A stretch of 41,282 nucleotides of DNA, from the NCBI GenBank assembly GCA_964416345.1, contig CAYQDX010000003.1:1-41282 (forward strand), given 5' to 3'. Source of the stretch: an uncultured Ectothiorhodospiraceae bacterium (GTDB lineage: Bacteria; Pseudomonadota; Gammaproteobacteria; CAYQDX01). This document shows positions 22,701 to 32,465 of this stretch, piece after piece (position 1 is the stretch's first letter; every line of letters begins with the position of its first letter). Below the pieces are notes generated by a model that did no database searches, was not told the DNA's origin, and worked only from the letters and a program-made list of their open reading frames with translations. The position numbers and the translations under genes are program-made.

Positions 22701-22858
22701 TCGAGCTCACTGGGCTTGACGGCCACGAGTCCAATCTCGGCGTTTAATGGCTGGTTCAGCCCCGAGCGCAGGCTGATGTTTCCCAGTCCCAGTGCTTGCG
22801 TAGCCCCTGGCATCGCCAGCGCCAGCGAGGCTATAGTCAGCGCCAGTTTCCGCACCAT
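19712..22858 (-). CDS. fimV: FimV/HubP polar landmark protein
   Basis: Signal peptide then ALGLGNISLRSGLNQPLNAEI, LysM-like region (YGPTARGDTAWEIA), coiled coil, TM, DPIAEADVYMAYGRY, C-terminal VSTKLDLAKAYIDMGD; asd-fimV-truA synteny. Start at 22858 has a GGAG RBS. Confidence 0.93.
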   Translation of the reverse strand: MVRKLALTIASLALAMPGATQALGLGNISLRSGLNQPLNAEIGLVAVKPSELEDIVVRLASPGAFERAGIDRPFFLTKLRFEVVSGRNGKPYIRVSSHDPIKEPYLDFLVEVNWPNGNLVREYTALVDPPTFVRRAPAPIRAPVATAPMEVMPVTQSPVSAPAPAGAPAAPSTPVAGAPPGSYGPTARGDTAWEIAQQVRPDDSVSVPQTLVALFHANPDAFFANNVNNLKTGRILRAPSRDEIAEVSSNEAAQEITRQYQAWLEYREQATGAVKAPPMTAQAGETAAAAGTKSGEKPTQASKGEVSGQDRLQLVRAMEPESAADVKGTETGGDLEDLRQRLSLALEQVSAKEGENHELRERVSELEGQVDNMQRLISLKDDELARLQRDLQQASSAAEVAVPEPASAEHAVAPVGAPEEADETPPGGPAEVVPENETPAAPSGGEAGAPSPVGDESVLREIAPALVAREEPAETAAVPAESEEQEPAPSEEQAEEVPTRIEAAPELGAEPLVIGTPETPEPAAPVETAAPQSGAPTEKTPAGPITVGEPTPSEGAHPVVVQPGSVGEPVSVTPPAPPETAPQPAQPVTPPEPVTPPKPATPTPSPAPSEVGMLDRLLTSPLALGGLVVVLLGLGGVGYFLKRRLAMQREEFQETITPHPEATSVGEESTDLDDTASLEAQAQAVDTVALQAGEASDPIAEADVYMAYGRYAQAEDLLKGAIVGHPDRNELRVKLLEVYHGAKNSEAFEREAEALRSRLGGTSDPMWDNVVSMGIEVCPDSPLFAEHAAPEGDTHSMTMVLTEEEISGAAEGFGEFGQTAAIEPPHAPPGGALETVVDFGEAAEEAANATVDRGRESAAPPAGEPSEGMDFDLGFLDEGADKGAAETSDQDLGLDFELESEETPPEIKTQTIVASPEEYAGLDLALDFNTEDTADTGRSAEAELDLGLETGQPTGTPAQEDIGLELSLGEVQSAEPEAPPVGEDTGMMEGLDFLGEDADEVSTKLDLAKAYIDMGDEESARGILEEVVSDGSAEQKAEAHEILGRITH

Positions 22859-22977
22859 CTCTGCTCCTTCGGCTAATCCCCTACAGACGCAGCCCCAACA
22901 TCGGGGCAATGGCCTTGTGACAGGCAGGTCGAGTCGTTAATGTAGAATGCTCTTTATAATAGTTAACTAAGTACGTA

Positions 22978-24000
<1,023 letters not shown>

Positions 24001-24091
24001 CTAAATGCTTTCCTTCTTGGCCCGAGGACCAAGCACAGGGGACTCGAACGAAGAATGTTACCGCAGCCGCGCATTTGCGTCCTACTGTGGG

Positions 24092-25168
24092 CTAGCCCAG
24101 GGCACGCAGCACGGCGTCTCCCATCGCTGCGGTGCCGACCCGGCGCGTGCCGGCGGAGGCGATGTCGGCCGTCCGTAGGCCCAGATCCAGAACCGTGCCG
24201 ACGGCCCGCTCGATGCGCTCGGCGGCCTCGGGCTCCCGCAGGGTGTAGCGCAGCATCATGGCCAGAGAAAGGATGGTGGCCAATGGGTTGGCCACACCCT
24301 TACCGGCGATGTCCGGTGCCGATCCATGGATGGGCTCGTACATGCCCTTGCCAGTCGCGTCGAGGGATGCCGAAGGGAGCATGCCGATGGAGCCGGTCAG
24401 CATGGCGGCACAGTCCGACAGTATGTCGCCAAACATATTACCCGTGACGATGACGTCAAACTGCTTGGGCGCCCGCACCAGCTGCATCGCCGCATTGTCG
24501 ACATACATATGGGAAAGCGCGATCTGAGGGTAGTCCTCGGCGACGCGGCTGACGACTTTCCGCCATAGCTCACTGGACTCGAGCACGTTGGCCTTGTCCA
24601 CCGAGCAGACCGAGCCCCCGCGCAAACCTGCGACCTCGAAGGCGGAGCGGGCCACCCGCGTGATCTCCGTCTCGCTATAGACTAGTGTGTTGAACGCCTG
24701 CTGCTCACCACCCGGCAGGGTGCGCTGCCCGCGGGGCTCACCGAAGTAGATGCCCCCGGTCAGCTCCCTCACGATCATGATGTCGAGCCCAGACACGACT
24801 TCCGGGCGCAGCGTGGATGCATCGACCAGCTGCGGGTAGAGCAGAGCCGGGCGCAGATTGGAGAACAGGCCTAGCTCGAAGCGCAGGCCCAGCAGGCCGC
24901 GCTCGGGTCGCAGCTCCCGAGGCAGCGCCTCCCACTTCGGACCTCCTACCGCACCAAGCAGCACCGCGTCGGCCTCTCGGGCGAGGCTCAGCGTGGACTC
25001 GGGCAGCGGATTGCCCGTCTCATCGTAGGCGCAACCGCCCACGGAAGCCTGCGCCAGCTCGACGTCCAGGCCGAAATCGCGCCGCAGACGCTCCATCACC
25101 TTGACCGCCTCGGCGACTATCTCCACGCCGATGCCGTCGCCTGCAAGCACTGCGATCTTCTTAGCCAT
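24092..25168 (-). CDS. leuB: 3-isopropylmalate dehydrogenase
   Basis: [40 protein letters not shown]. Confidence 0.98.
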   Translation of the reverse strand: MAKKIAVLAGDGIGVEIVAEAVKVMERLRRDFGLDVELAQASVGGCAYDETGNPLPESTLSLAREADAVLLGAVGGPKWEALPRELRPERGLLGLRFELGLFSNLRPALLYPQLVDASTLRPEVVSGLDIMIVRELTGGIYFGEPRGQRTLPGGEQQAFNTLVYSETEITRVARSAFEVAGLRGGSVCSVDKANVLESSELWRKVVSRVAEDYPQIALSHMYVDNAAMQLVRAPKQFDVIVTGNMFGDILSDCAAMLTGSIGMLPSASLDATGKGMYEPIHGSAPDIAGKGVANPLATILSLAMMLRYTLREPEAAERIERAVGTVLDLGLRTADIASAGTRRVGTAAMGDAVLRALG

Positions 25169-25213
25169 TGGCAACTCTCCCGCAGAAGCCGTTGAATCCA
25201 GCCTGGGTACGGC

Positions 25214-25870
25214 TCAGCCTTGCGGGGCCAGACCCTGGAACAGCCAGGGCGCCTCGACCCGCCGCCGCTGCTCGTAGGCTCGTATCTCGCTCACGTGCGC
25301 GAGGGTAAGGCCGATGTCGTCCAACCCATTGAGCAGGCAGTGCCGTCGAAACGGATCGACCTCGAAGGCGAGCGTATCGCCGCCCGGTGTCACGATAGTC
25401 TGCGACGCCAGGTCGATGCTCAGCGCGTAGCCCGGGCTGGCGAGCGCGCGATTGAACAGACTGTCCACGATTTCCGGCACGAGAACAATCGGTAATATGC
25501 CATTCTTGAAGCAATTATTAAAAAAGATGTCGGCGAAGCTGGGGGCGATGATCGCCCGGAAGCCGTAGTCGAGCAGTGCCCAGGGCGCATGCTCGCGTGA
25601 GGACCCGCAGCCGAAGTTCTCCCGGGCGAGCAGAACCTGTGCCCCCTGGTAGCGGAGTTGATTGAGCACGAACTCGGGGTTCAGCGGTCGGCCGTGGTTG
25701 TCCTGACCGGGCTCACCCCGGTCCAGGTAGCGCCATTCATCGAACAAGTTGGGACCGAAGCCCGAGCGCTTGATCGACTTGAGGAACTGCTTGGGAATGA
25801 TCGCATCGGTGTCGACGTTGGCACGATCCAAAGGCGCAACGATGCCGGTAAGCTTGGTGAATGCTTGCAT
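25214..25870 (-). CDS. leuD: 3-isopropylmalate dehydratase small subunit
   Basis: [33 protein letters not shown]. Confidence 0.98.
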   Translation of the reverse strand: MQAFTKLTGIVAPLDRANVDTDAIIPKQFLKSIKRSGFGPNLFDEWRYLDRGEPGQDNHGRPLNPEFVLNQLRYQGAQVLLARENFGCGSSREHAPWALLDYGFRAIIAPSFADIFFNNCFKNGILPIVLVPEIVDSLFNRALASPGYALSIDLASQTIVTPGGDTLAFEVDPFRRHCLLNGLDDIGLTLAHVSEIRAYEQRRRVEAPWLFQGLAPQG

Positions 25871-25936
25871 CAGCTCGACTCCGCAAGTTCGGATGAATTC
25901 TTAATACAAACGTGAAAGCTACTGATCCTCTGGCGG

Positions 25937-27340
25937 TCAGAGCTTCGTTACGTCCACGAAGTGGCCCGTCACAGCGGCCGCGGCAGCCATCGCAGGGCTC
26001 ACCAGGTGCGTCCTTCCTCCGGCCCCCTGGCGCCCTTCGAAGTTGCGATTCGACGTCGACGCGCAACGCTCGCCCGGCTCCAGGCGGTCGGCATTCATCG
26101 CCAGGCACATGGAGCAGCCGGGCTCCCGCCACTCGAATCCGGCCTCAATGAACACCCGATCCAATCCTTCATGCTCGGCCTGCTGCTTGACCAGGCCGGA
26201 GCCTGGCACCACCAGCACCTGCTTGATGCCTGGGGCCACGCGCCGGCCCCGCGCCACCTCGGCGGCGGCACGCAGGTCCTCGATGCGGCCGTTGGTGCAG
26301 GAGCCTATGAAGACCTTGTCCGGGCGAATCGCGCTGATTAGGGCTCCAGGTGCCAGCCCCATGTACGCCAATGCCCGCTCCATGCCGGCACGCTTGATCG
26401 GGTCCGACACTGCAAGCGGATCCGGCACCACGCCGTCCACTGCCGCCACCATCTCCGGCGACGTGCCCCAGGTCACCTGAGGTCGAATATCCTCGGCCGC
26501 GACGCGCACGACCCGGTCGAACACGGCATCCGGATCGCTCTGCAGCTCGCGCCATGCCGCCACGGCAGCCTCCCAGAGTGCGCCTGAGGGCGCGAATGGC
26601 CGGCCCTTCAGGTACTCGATGGTCCGCTCGTCGACCGCCACCATGCCGGCCCTTGCGCCTGCCTCGATGGCCATGTTGCAGACGGTCATGCGCCCGGCCA
26701 GTGGCAGCGCGCGTACGGCCTCCCCGGCGAACTCGATGGCGTAGCCCGTGCCCCCGGCGGTGCCAATCTCGCCGATGATGGCGAGCACGACGTCCTTGGC
26801 AGTGACGCCTCGGCCGATCTGGCCGTGGACTTCGACCAGCATGTTCTTGGACTTTTGCTGGAGCAGGCACTGGGTGGCGAGCACATGCTCCACCTCGGAG
26901 GTGCCAATGCCGAAGGCGAGTGCGCCGAAGGCACCGTGAGTGGAGGTGTGAGAATCGCCGCAGACGACCGTCATTCCCGGCAAGGTCGCACCCTCCTCCG
27001 GGCCCACCACGTGCACGATGCCTTGGCGCGGATCGTTCATGGCGAATTCCAGGATGGAGTAGTCCCGGCAATTGCTGTCCAAAGTCTCCACCTGGAGGCG
27101 GGAGATGGGATCGACGATACCCGAGACTCGATCCGCGGTCGGCACATTGTGGTCCGGCACCGCGAGGTTGGCGTCGACCCGCCATGGTCGGCGCCCGGCA
27201 AGCCGCAGGCCTTCGAACGCCTGGGGCGAGGTAACCTCGTGCAGCAAGTGGCGGTCGATGTAGATGAGCGCCGTGCCGCCTTCCGCCTGGCGCACGACGT
27301 GGGCATCCCAGAGCTTGTCGTAAAGCGTCTTTCCGCTCAT
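25937..27340 (-). CDS. leuC: 3-isopropylmalate dehydratase large subunit
   Basis: [47 protein letters not shown]. Confidence 0.98.
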   Translation of the reverse strand: MSGKTLYDKLWDAHVVRQAEGGTALIYIDRHLLHEVTSPQAFEGLRLAGRRPWRVDANLAVPDHNVPTADRVSGIVDPISRLQVETLDSNCRDYSILEFAMNDPRQGIVHVVGPEEGATLPGMTVVCGDSHTSTHGAFGALAFGIGTSEVEHVLATQCLLQQKSKNMLVEVHGQIGRGVTAKDVVLAIIGEIGTAGGTGYAIEFAGEAVRALPLAGRMTVCNMAIEAGARAGMVAVDERTIEYLKGRPFAPSGALWEAAVAAWRELQSDPDAVFDRVVRVAAEDIRPQVTWGTSPEMVAAVDGVVPDPLAVSDPIKRAGMERALAYMGLAPGALISAIRPDKVFIGSCTNGRIEDLRAAAEVARGRRVAPGIKQVLVVPGSGLVKQQAEHEGLDRVFIEAGFEWREPGCSMCLAMNADRLEPGERCASTSNRNFEGRQGAGGRTHLVSPAMAAAAAVTGHFVDVTKL

Positions 27341-27439
27341 GGCAATTCCTCGATGTGTGACGGGTTGATGGTACGCCAGCCCAATTCATATCTCCAATTC
27401 ATGAATGTCATAGAACCTATAAACAATTAGAATAGCTCC

Positions 27440-28333
27440 ATGGACATCCCCAGCTTGAGGGCCTTCATAGCAGTCGCCGAGCACGGCTCGTTCTCCGCCG
27501 CCGGCGCGGAGCTGCATCTGACCCAACCGGCAGTGAGTAAACGTGTCGCCCAGCTGGAGCTCGGCCTGGGCCAGCGGCTGTTCGATCGGGTCGGCCATCG
27601 AGTGCTCCTCACCCGCGCGGGAGAGGTGCTGCTGCCAAGGGCGCGGTGCATACTCCAGGAGATCTCCGACACGCGCCGCGTTCTCGCCAACCTCAGGGGG
27701 CTGGTGGACGGCAGCCTGTCCATGGTCACCAGCCATCACATCGGTCTTCGCCGCCTGCCGCCGGTGCTGCGGCTGTTCACCGAGCGTTACCCACAAGTCA
27801 GCCTGCGGGTGGCTTTCCTGGATTCCGAGGCGGCGTGCGTCGCGGTGGAGCGGGGCGAGGCAGAGCTGGGCGTAGTGACGCTCCCCAGGGCACAGGTTGG
27901 ACGTCTGTGGGCGACGCCCCTGTGGGAGGACCCACTGGAGATCGTCGTCGCCGCCAATCACGCGCTAGCGTGCAAGTCGCGAGTGACCTATGCGGACCTG
28001 AACGACTACCCGGCCCTCTTGCCAGCCGTGGGAACCTACACGCGGGAGGCGCTGGAGGAGGCACTGCTGCCCCACGGAGTGGCCTTGCAGGTCGGTCAGC
28101 CGATCAACTACCTCGAGACCATACGCATGATGGTCTCGGTGGGTCTGGGATGGAGCGCCTTGCCCGCGTCCATGGTCGAGGCTCCCATATGCGCCCTCCA
28201 TCTGCCGGGCTTGCGGGTCTCTCGCATGCTGGGGGTGGTCCAGCATCGAGACCGGACCCCTTCCAACGCCGCTCTCGCCCTGCGGGAGTTGCTCGGCGCA
28301 GTCACACGGCCAGGAGAGGGCTGCCACGACTAA
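27440..28333 (+). CDS. LysR family transcriptional regulator, divergent from leuC
   Basis: HTH GSFSAAGAELHLTQPAVSKRVAQLE plus substrate-binding domain; AT-rich divergent gap to leuC. Confidence 0.93.
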   Translation: MDIPSLRAFIAVAEHGSFSAAGAELHLTQPAVSKRVAQLELGLGQRLFDRVGHRVLLTRAGEVLLPRARCILQEISDTRRVLANLRGLVDGSLSMVTSHHIGLRRLPPVLRLFTERYPQVSLRVAFLDSEAACVAVERGEAELGVVTLPRAQVGRLWATPLWEDPLEIVVAANHALACKSRVTYADLNDYPALLPAVGTYTREALEEALLPHGVALQVGQPINYLETIRMMVSVGLGWSALPASMVEAPICALHLPGLRVSRMLGVVQHRDRTPSNAALALRELLGAVTRPGEGCHD

Positions 28334-28871
28334 ACCGGGTCTTCAGGAATTCCATCTGATCGGCCAGGATACGTCTATTCGACAGTACCAGGTATTCGGC
28401 TCGATTGGGGACGAACGGTACGGCCAGGAGGGGCATGCCTGCCTCTTCGGGCGTCCGTCCGCCTTTGGTGGCGTTGCACGGCTTGCAGGCGCTGACGATG
28501 TTAGACCAGGAGTCGTGCCCGCCTCGAGACAACGGCAGCACGTGATCACGGGTGAGCTGATACTGCTGGAATGTACCGCCGCAGTACATGCACAGGTGGC
28601 CGTCGCGCAGGAAGAGGTCCCGATTCGACACTGGGGGCACGCCCGCCTCGCGACCGAAGCGGTGACGGCGACCGCGCACGGCGACGATGGAGTTGACCTC
28701 CACCACGGAGCGCTCGCCGGTATGGCGGCAGATGCCGCCATGCACCGGAAACATGTGGCCGCCGGCGGTCCAGGCGATCTGGCCCCGCACGTATAGGCAC
28801 ACTGCTTCCTGCCACGTGATCCACACTACCGGCTGACCGGTGACGTCCAGTCGCAGGATCTTGGGTCTCAT
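28302..28871 (-). CDS. HNH endonuclease (McrA/HNH_5-like with Zn-binding cysteines)
   Basis: CMYCG...LTRDHVLPLSRGG...NIVSACKPCNATKG; start at ATG 28871 behind a GGAGG-like RBS. Confidence 0.88.
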   Translation of the reverse strand: MRPKILRLDVTGQPVVWITWQEAVCLYVRGQIAWTAGGHMFPVHGGICRHTGERSVVEVNSIVAVRGRRHRFGREAGVPPVSNRDLFLRDGHLCMYCGGTFQQYQLTRDHVLPLSRGGHDSWSNIVSACKPCNATKGGRTPEEAGMPLLAVPFVPNRAEYLVLSNRRILADQMEFLKTRFSRGSPLLAV

Positions 28872-28974
28872 GGGGCCTGCGCCCTCCCTCCGCTCGATGG
28901 GCATGCGCCCGCCGAGCGCAGCGCGTCCGTGGCCCGAGTGATGGGATAGGCTGCCGCGCCGGGGGTCGGGAGGG

Positions 28975-29009
28975 ATTATAGCGGCAGCGTTGGAGACAAC
29001 CAACGCTGC
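28975..29009 (-). promoter_or_regulatory. Putative sigma70 promoter of the HNH gene overlapped by a palindrome
   Basis: Minus strand TTGGTT-N17-TATAAT (-10 at 28975-28980, -35 at 28998-29003); inverted repeat GCAGCGTTGG-N6-CCAACGCTGC at 28984-29009. Confidence 0.45.
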
Positions 29010-29093
29010 GTCACGAGTGCCCGCTCAGGGTTGACTGTTCCGGTGACACTGCGGCGTTTCGAGCTGCGAGCGAGCCACACGCCACCGACACCA

Positions 29094-29561
29094 TTACATC
29101 AGAGGCCCGCCAACGTGCCCTTCTTCACGCGGAACGAAGCCCCATCCATAGAGACTGTCCCTCCGCCTGGCTGCCTTGGGTCGGTGCGGCTCGGCGACGA
29201 ACTGGGACAGCTTGATTCCCGCCAGAAAGTCGAACAGCTGCTGACTGAGATTGTGCCACAGCTCATCGGTCTCACGTCCCACTGCCTCCTGGCCTTGGTC
29301 GCTTCCGTCGTCGACTGCCGTAATGATGTCTGCAACTGATATATCGGCCGCCGACCGCGCCAGACGGTAACCACCGCCTGGACCGCGCGTGCCGCGAACT
29401 AGGCCCGAGCTGCGCAGACGCGCAAACAGCTGCTCCAGATAGGATTGGGAGATCCCTTGACTCTCGGAGAGGTCTGCCAGCGGCAGAGCCCCCTTCCTGT
29501 CGTGCAACGCCAGGTGCAGCATCGCCGTGACGGCGTAGCGACCCTTTGTGGAAAGCTTCAT
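29094..29561 (-). CDS. Rrf2 family regulator, IscR-like but lacking the Fe-S ligands
   Basis: MKLSTKGRYAVTAMLHLAL, QGISQSYLEQLFARLR, RGPGGGYRL, LWHNLSQQLFDFL match IscR; no cysteine in the 155-aa protein. Confidence 0.88.
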   Translation of the reverse strand: MKLSTKGRYAVTAMLHLALHDRKGALPLADLSESQGISQSYLEQLFARLRSSGLVRGTRGPGGGYRLARSAADISVADIITAVDDGSDQGQEAVGRETDELWHNLSQQLFDFLAGIKLSQFVAEPHRPKAARRRDSLYGWGFVPREEGHVGGPLM

Positions 29562-29596
29562 ACAAGCACCCCTGTTTCGGCTGCCCGCCGCGGCGG

Positions 29597-29652
29597 GTAG
29601 TAGACCAAATTTGTCAACTATTATGAAATAATTGACTGTTGAGGTCAAGTTT
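29597..29652. promoter_or_regulatory. Two tandem IscR type-1-like operator boxes
   Basis: 29597-29621 reads ATAGTTGACAAATTTGGTCTACTAC on the minus strand; 29628-29652 reads ATAATTGACTGTTGAGGTCAAGTTT. Both fit the 25-bp IscR type-1 pattern ATASYYGAC-N7-GTCRRSTAT. Confidence 0.7.
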
Positions 29653-29731
29653 AACCCGCGGCACCGCTCTTCACCGTCACGTACCCGCCGGCGAGATTCA
29701 GGCCCGGCGGCGGCCCGCAAACACCTTGGAG

Positions 29732-29761
29732 CTTGACGCTCCGGACATGGAATCCCAATAT
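29732..29761 (+). promoter_or_regulatory. Putative promoter of the small protein/ATPase operon (sigma32-like or sigma70)
   Basis: CTTGAC-N16-CCCAATAT resembles the RpoH consensus CTTGAA-N13-17-CCCCATnT; it also reads as TTGACG-N17-CAATAT. Confidence 0.4.
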
Positions 29762-29887
29762 AGCCGCCGGTATGCCGTTGGCGGTGCCCGGCTCTGCACC
29801 GAGCACATCGGTAAACCACCGCGCCAGCGCCCCTCGCACCGTTCCACAGACTCGTGCGCGAAATCCGGAGCCCACCTGGAGAACCAA

Positions 29888-30085
29888 ATGGCAGCAGTCG
29901 ACGACGAGCTCTTGGTCAAGGCATTTCTGGTCCGGTCCCCGGCCGAAGCCTTCGAGGACTACGCCCACGCCGAGATTGACCGTCTGAAGGAGACCGAAGC
30001 GGATTTCGATGCCGCCCTCTACGACAAAGCCGTGCAACTGGTGCTGACTCGCCTTGAAGGGGTAGATCAGGGAACGGGCTCATGA
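29888..30085 (+). CDS. Small acidic hypothetical protein (65 aa), coupled to the downstream ATPase
   Basis: GGAG RBS before ATG 29888; coding-like GC3; MAAVDDELLVKAFLVRSPAEAFEDYAHAEIDRLKETEADFDAALYDKAVQLVLTRLEG...; ATGA overlap with the next gene. Confidence 0.78.
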   Translation: MAAVDDELLVKAFLVRSPAEAFEDYAHAEIDRLKETEADFDAALYDKAVQLVLTRLEGVDQGTGS

Positions 30086-32313
30086 TTATCAAAAACTTGC
30101 GTGCCGAAAACGTGCTGAAGTATGCCCGCTTGGAGCTGACCAATCTGCCGGAGCGGGCCACCATAGCCGTCACCGGTCCCAATGAATCCGGCAAGACTGC
30201 CGTCGGCGAGGCCATCTGCCTCGCCTTATTTGGACGCACCTACGCCAATGCCCCCGCCGAGCTCGTGAGCAACATCAAGTGGGGCGAGTCCAATGCTTCC
30301 CTGGAGCTGGAGCTGGTGGGTGCAGACGGCCAGACCTACGTCATCACACGGTTCTTGGACATCGACGGAAACCACCGGGCCCGCCTGGCGCGTGCCGACT
30401 CCGGGGAGCTCCTGGCGCAGGGACCCGACCCGGTACGTGCAGCCGTCGAGCGCGTCGTCGGCTACGACTATGACGAATACGTTGATTCCTTTTATCTTGC
30501 GCAACGCGAGAGCAGCCTGCCCCACCCTCAGAGCCAGACCGCCAAGACGTTGCTGGGTATGTCTCGACTGGAGACGGTGCGCCATGATCTGGAGAGTGAG
30601 CTGAGTGGCGAGCAACACGTCATGGCGGACCTGGACGCCCGGTCCGCCCAAGTGCAGACCCAACTTGCAGAGCTCGCCGTCGACCCCACGGCGCTAGACA
30701 TTCTGCAGGCGCAACGGGAGACGGTCGCGGCGGAGGTGGAATCCCTCGCACGTGTCACGGCAGCCCTCGCGCAACGTCGAGATGACATCAAGGATGCGTG
30801 GGCAACGCTGCTCAACGCAGCACCGCACGCCGGCGCGGTGGACCACAGCAGCGGCATCGGGGACTGGAGGGAAATTGCCGATGGTCTGGACGCCGCCGTG
30901 GACGACCTGAGTGCCGCGTGCGCGCAAGTTCCGGATGCGGGCGCCTGCTCGGTTTCCGGTTTGCGCGCCTGGGCGGCGGATCTGCACCAGCATTTGACAC
31001 GCTTCCAGGACCTAAGCTCAAGGCTCGCCGAGGAACGCTCGGCGCTTGAAGGCTGGCTGGAGGGCTCCGCCGACGGCGGTCAGGCCGCCGAGCAGGCGGC
31101 GCTCAGCGCGGACTTGGAGAGTGCCCAGGCGAGCCAGGGCCGCAACGGAATGCTCGGCTGGCTCCTGGTAGTCGTGGCGCTGCTGGGCTGGGGCACTTGG
31201 CTGACGGTGAGCTATGCACCGGCGCACGGCGTGAGTCAGTCCCTGCAGGCGCTGCTGGCTCGGTACGTCCCCGGCTGGGGCGGGCAGACTCTAATGCTGC
31301 TGGCTGCAGTCAGCGGAGTGCTGTCCCTGGCGGCAGTCTGGCTGCTCAAGCTCAGTGCCCGCAACCGCGAGCGCGCCATCGAGCTGGGAGAGCAGGCCGT
31401 CACGCTGACCTCTAGGGTAGCTGCGCAACGGGCGTTGGTCTCCGGGCTGACAGCGCTGGAAGATCTCTCGACGCCGGCGCAATTGCAGTGGCTCCGTGAA
31501 TCGGAGGACTCGGCCGTCCAAGGCATGATCGAGCCATTCATTGCGGAGGGCGGCGCCACTTTGTGGGAGCCGGATGCCCTCGGTCCTTTCCTGGATAAGC
31601 TGCATGAGGAGCTCCAGTCGTTCGAGGCGCAGCAGTTGAGCCCCCTGTTGGAGCGCATCGCGGGCCGCATCGACGATCGGCTGGCGGAGTCGGACGAACA
31701 AGAGAGGGCCCTTGCACGCCTGGACAATTCCATCGGAGAGGAGCAGGCACGTCGCGCGGAGGCCCAGGAGCTGAGCGCCGAGCTCGGCGCAATCGAGGCC
31801 GGCACCGACCAGTCCCGGGCACGGGCGCGCGTCCGGGAGACGGCGGTGGTGCTCATCGATGGAGCCTATAGACGCATTCAGACCCACTTCAACCGGGAGG
31901 TTCACGACCTCCTCGGCAAGGTCGTGCCTCTGCTGACCGGTGGCCACTATGAATACTTGCGTCTGGGGGAATCCCTGGAAGTGGAGGTGTTTGCCAAGGA
32001 AAAGAATGACTTTGTGAAGATGGAAAGTCTCTCCAGCGGCACCCAACGCCAGCTCTCGCTGGCCGTGCGGCTGGCGCTTGCACAAGCACTGGTGGCCGCC
32101 TCGGCCCATGGACGCCAGTTCTTGTTCCTGGATGAGCCGTTTGCGTTTTTCGACCACGCCCGCACGCGACACACCCTGGAGACCCTTCCTAGGTTGAGCA
32201 GTGAGCTGTCTCAGATCTGGGTCGTGGCACAGGAATTCGAAAGGTCTGCGAAATTCGACCTCGCCGTGAGCTGCGCCACGGAATCCGACTCCCTCGCCGT
32301 TGACGGGCCGTAG
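30082..32313 (+). CDS. Rad50/SbcC-like (SMC superfamily) coiled-coil ABC ATPase with two central transmembrane helices
   Basis: Walker A GPNESGKT, Q-loop FYLAQRE, signature LSSGT, Walker B/D-loop FLFLDEPFAFFD; heptad-rich arms; hydrophobic helices at about aa 357-378 and 404-422. Confidence 0.85.
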   Translation: MIIKNLRAENVLKYARLELTNLPERATIAVTGPNESGKTAVGEAICLALFGRTYANAPAELVSNIKWGESNASLELELVGADGQTYVITRFLDIDGNHRARLARADSGELLAQGPDPVRAAVERVVGYDYDEYVDSFYLAQRESSLPHPQSQTAKTLLGMSRLETVRHDLESELSGEQHVMADLDARSAQVQTQLAELAVDPTALDILQAQRETVAAEVESLARVTAALAQRRDDIKDAWATLLNAAPHAGAVDHSSGIGDWREIADGLDAAVDDLSAACAQVPDAGACSVSGLRAWAADLHQHLTRFQDLSSRLAEERSALEGWLEGSADGGQAAEQAALSADLESAQASQGRNGMLGWLLVVVALLGWGTWLTVSYAPAHGVSQSLQALLARYVPGWGGQTLMLLAAVSGVLSLAAVWLLKLSARNRERAIELGEQAVTLTSRVAAQRALVSGLTALEDLSTPAQLQWLRESEDSAVQGMIEPFIAEGGATLWEPDALGPFLDKLHEELQSFEAQQLSPLLERIAGRIDDRLAESDEQERALARLDNSIGEEQARRAEAQELSAELGAIEAGTDQSRARARVRETAVVLIDGAYRRIQTHFNREVHDLLGKVVPLLTGGHYEYLRLGESLEVEVFAKEKNDFVKMESLSSGTQRQLSLAVRLALAQALVAASAHGRQFLFLDEPFAFFDHARTRHTLETLPRLSSELSQIWVVAQEFERSAKFDLAVSCATESDSLAVDGP

Positions 32314-32465
32314 TGGGAGGTCAGGGCTTGTGAATGGAACCGAAAGCTGCCGGTTTGATGACGACGATCTCTTCGATGCGTCCCGACCCCTCGGCTGAAC
32401 GCCGCGGCCGGCTCGGCCGGCGCAGCGACGAGATCACTCGGGCAGGCTCCTAGGGGCCCACCGCA

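Noticed and set aside
32330-32398. 22-codon ORF MNGTESCRFDDDDLFDASRPLG after a GGGAGG, downstream of the ATPase
   Set aside because: Too short, GTG start, no further support; cannot be separated from chance.
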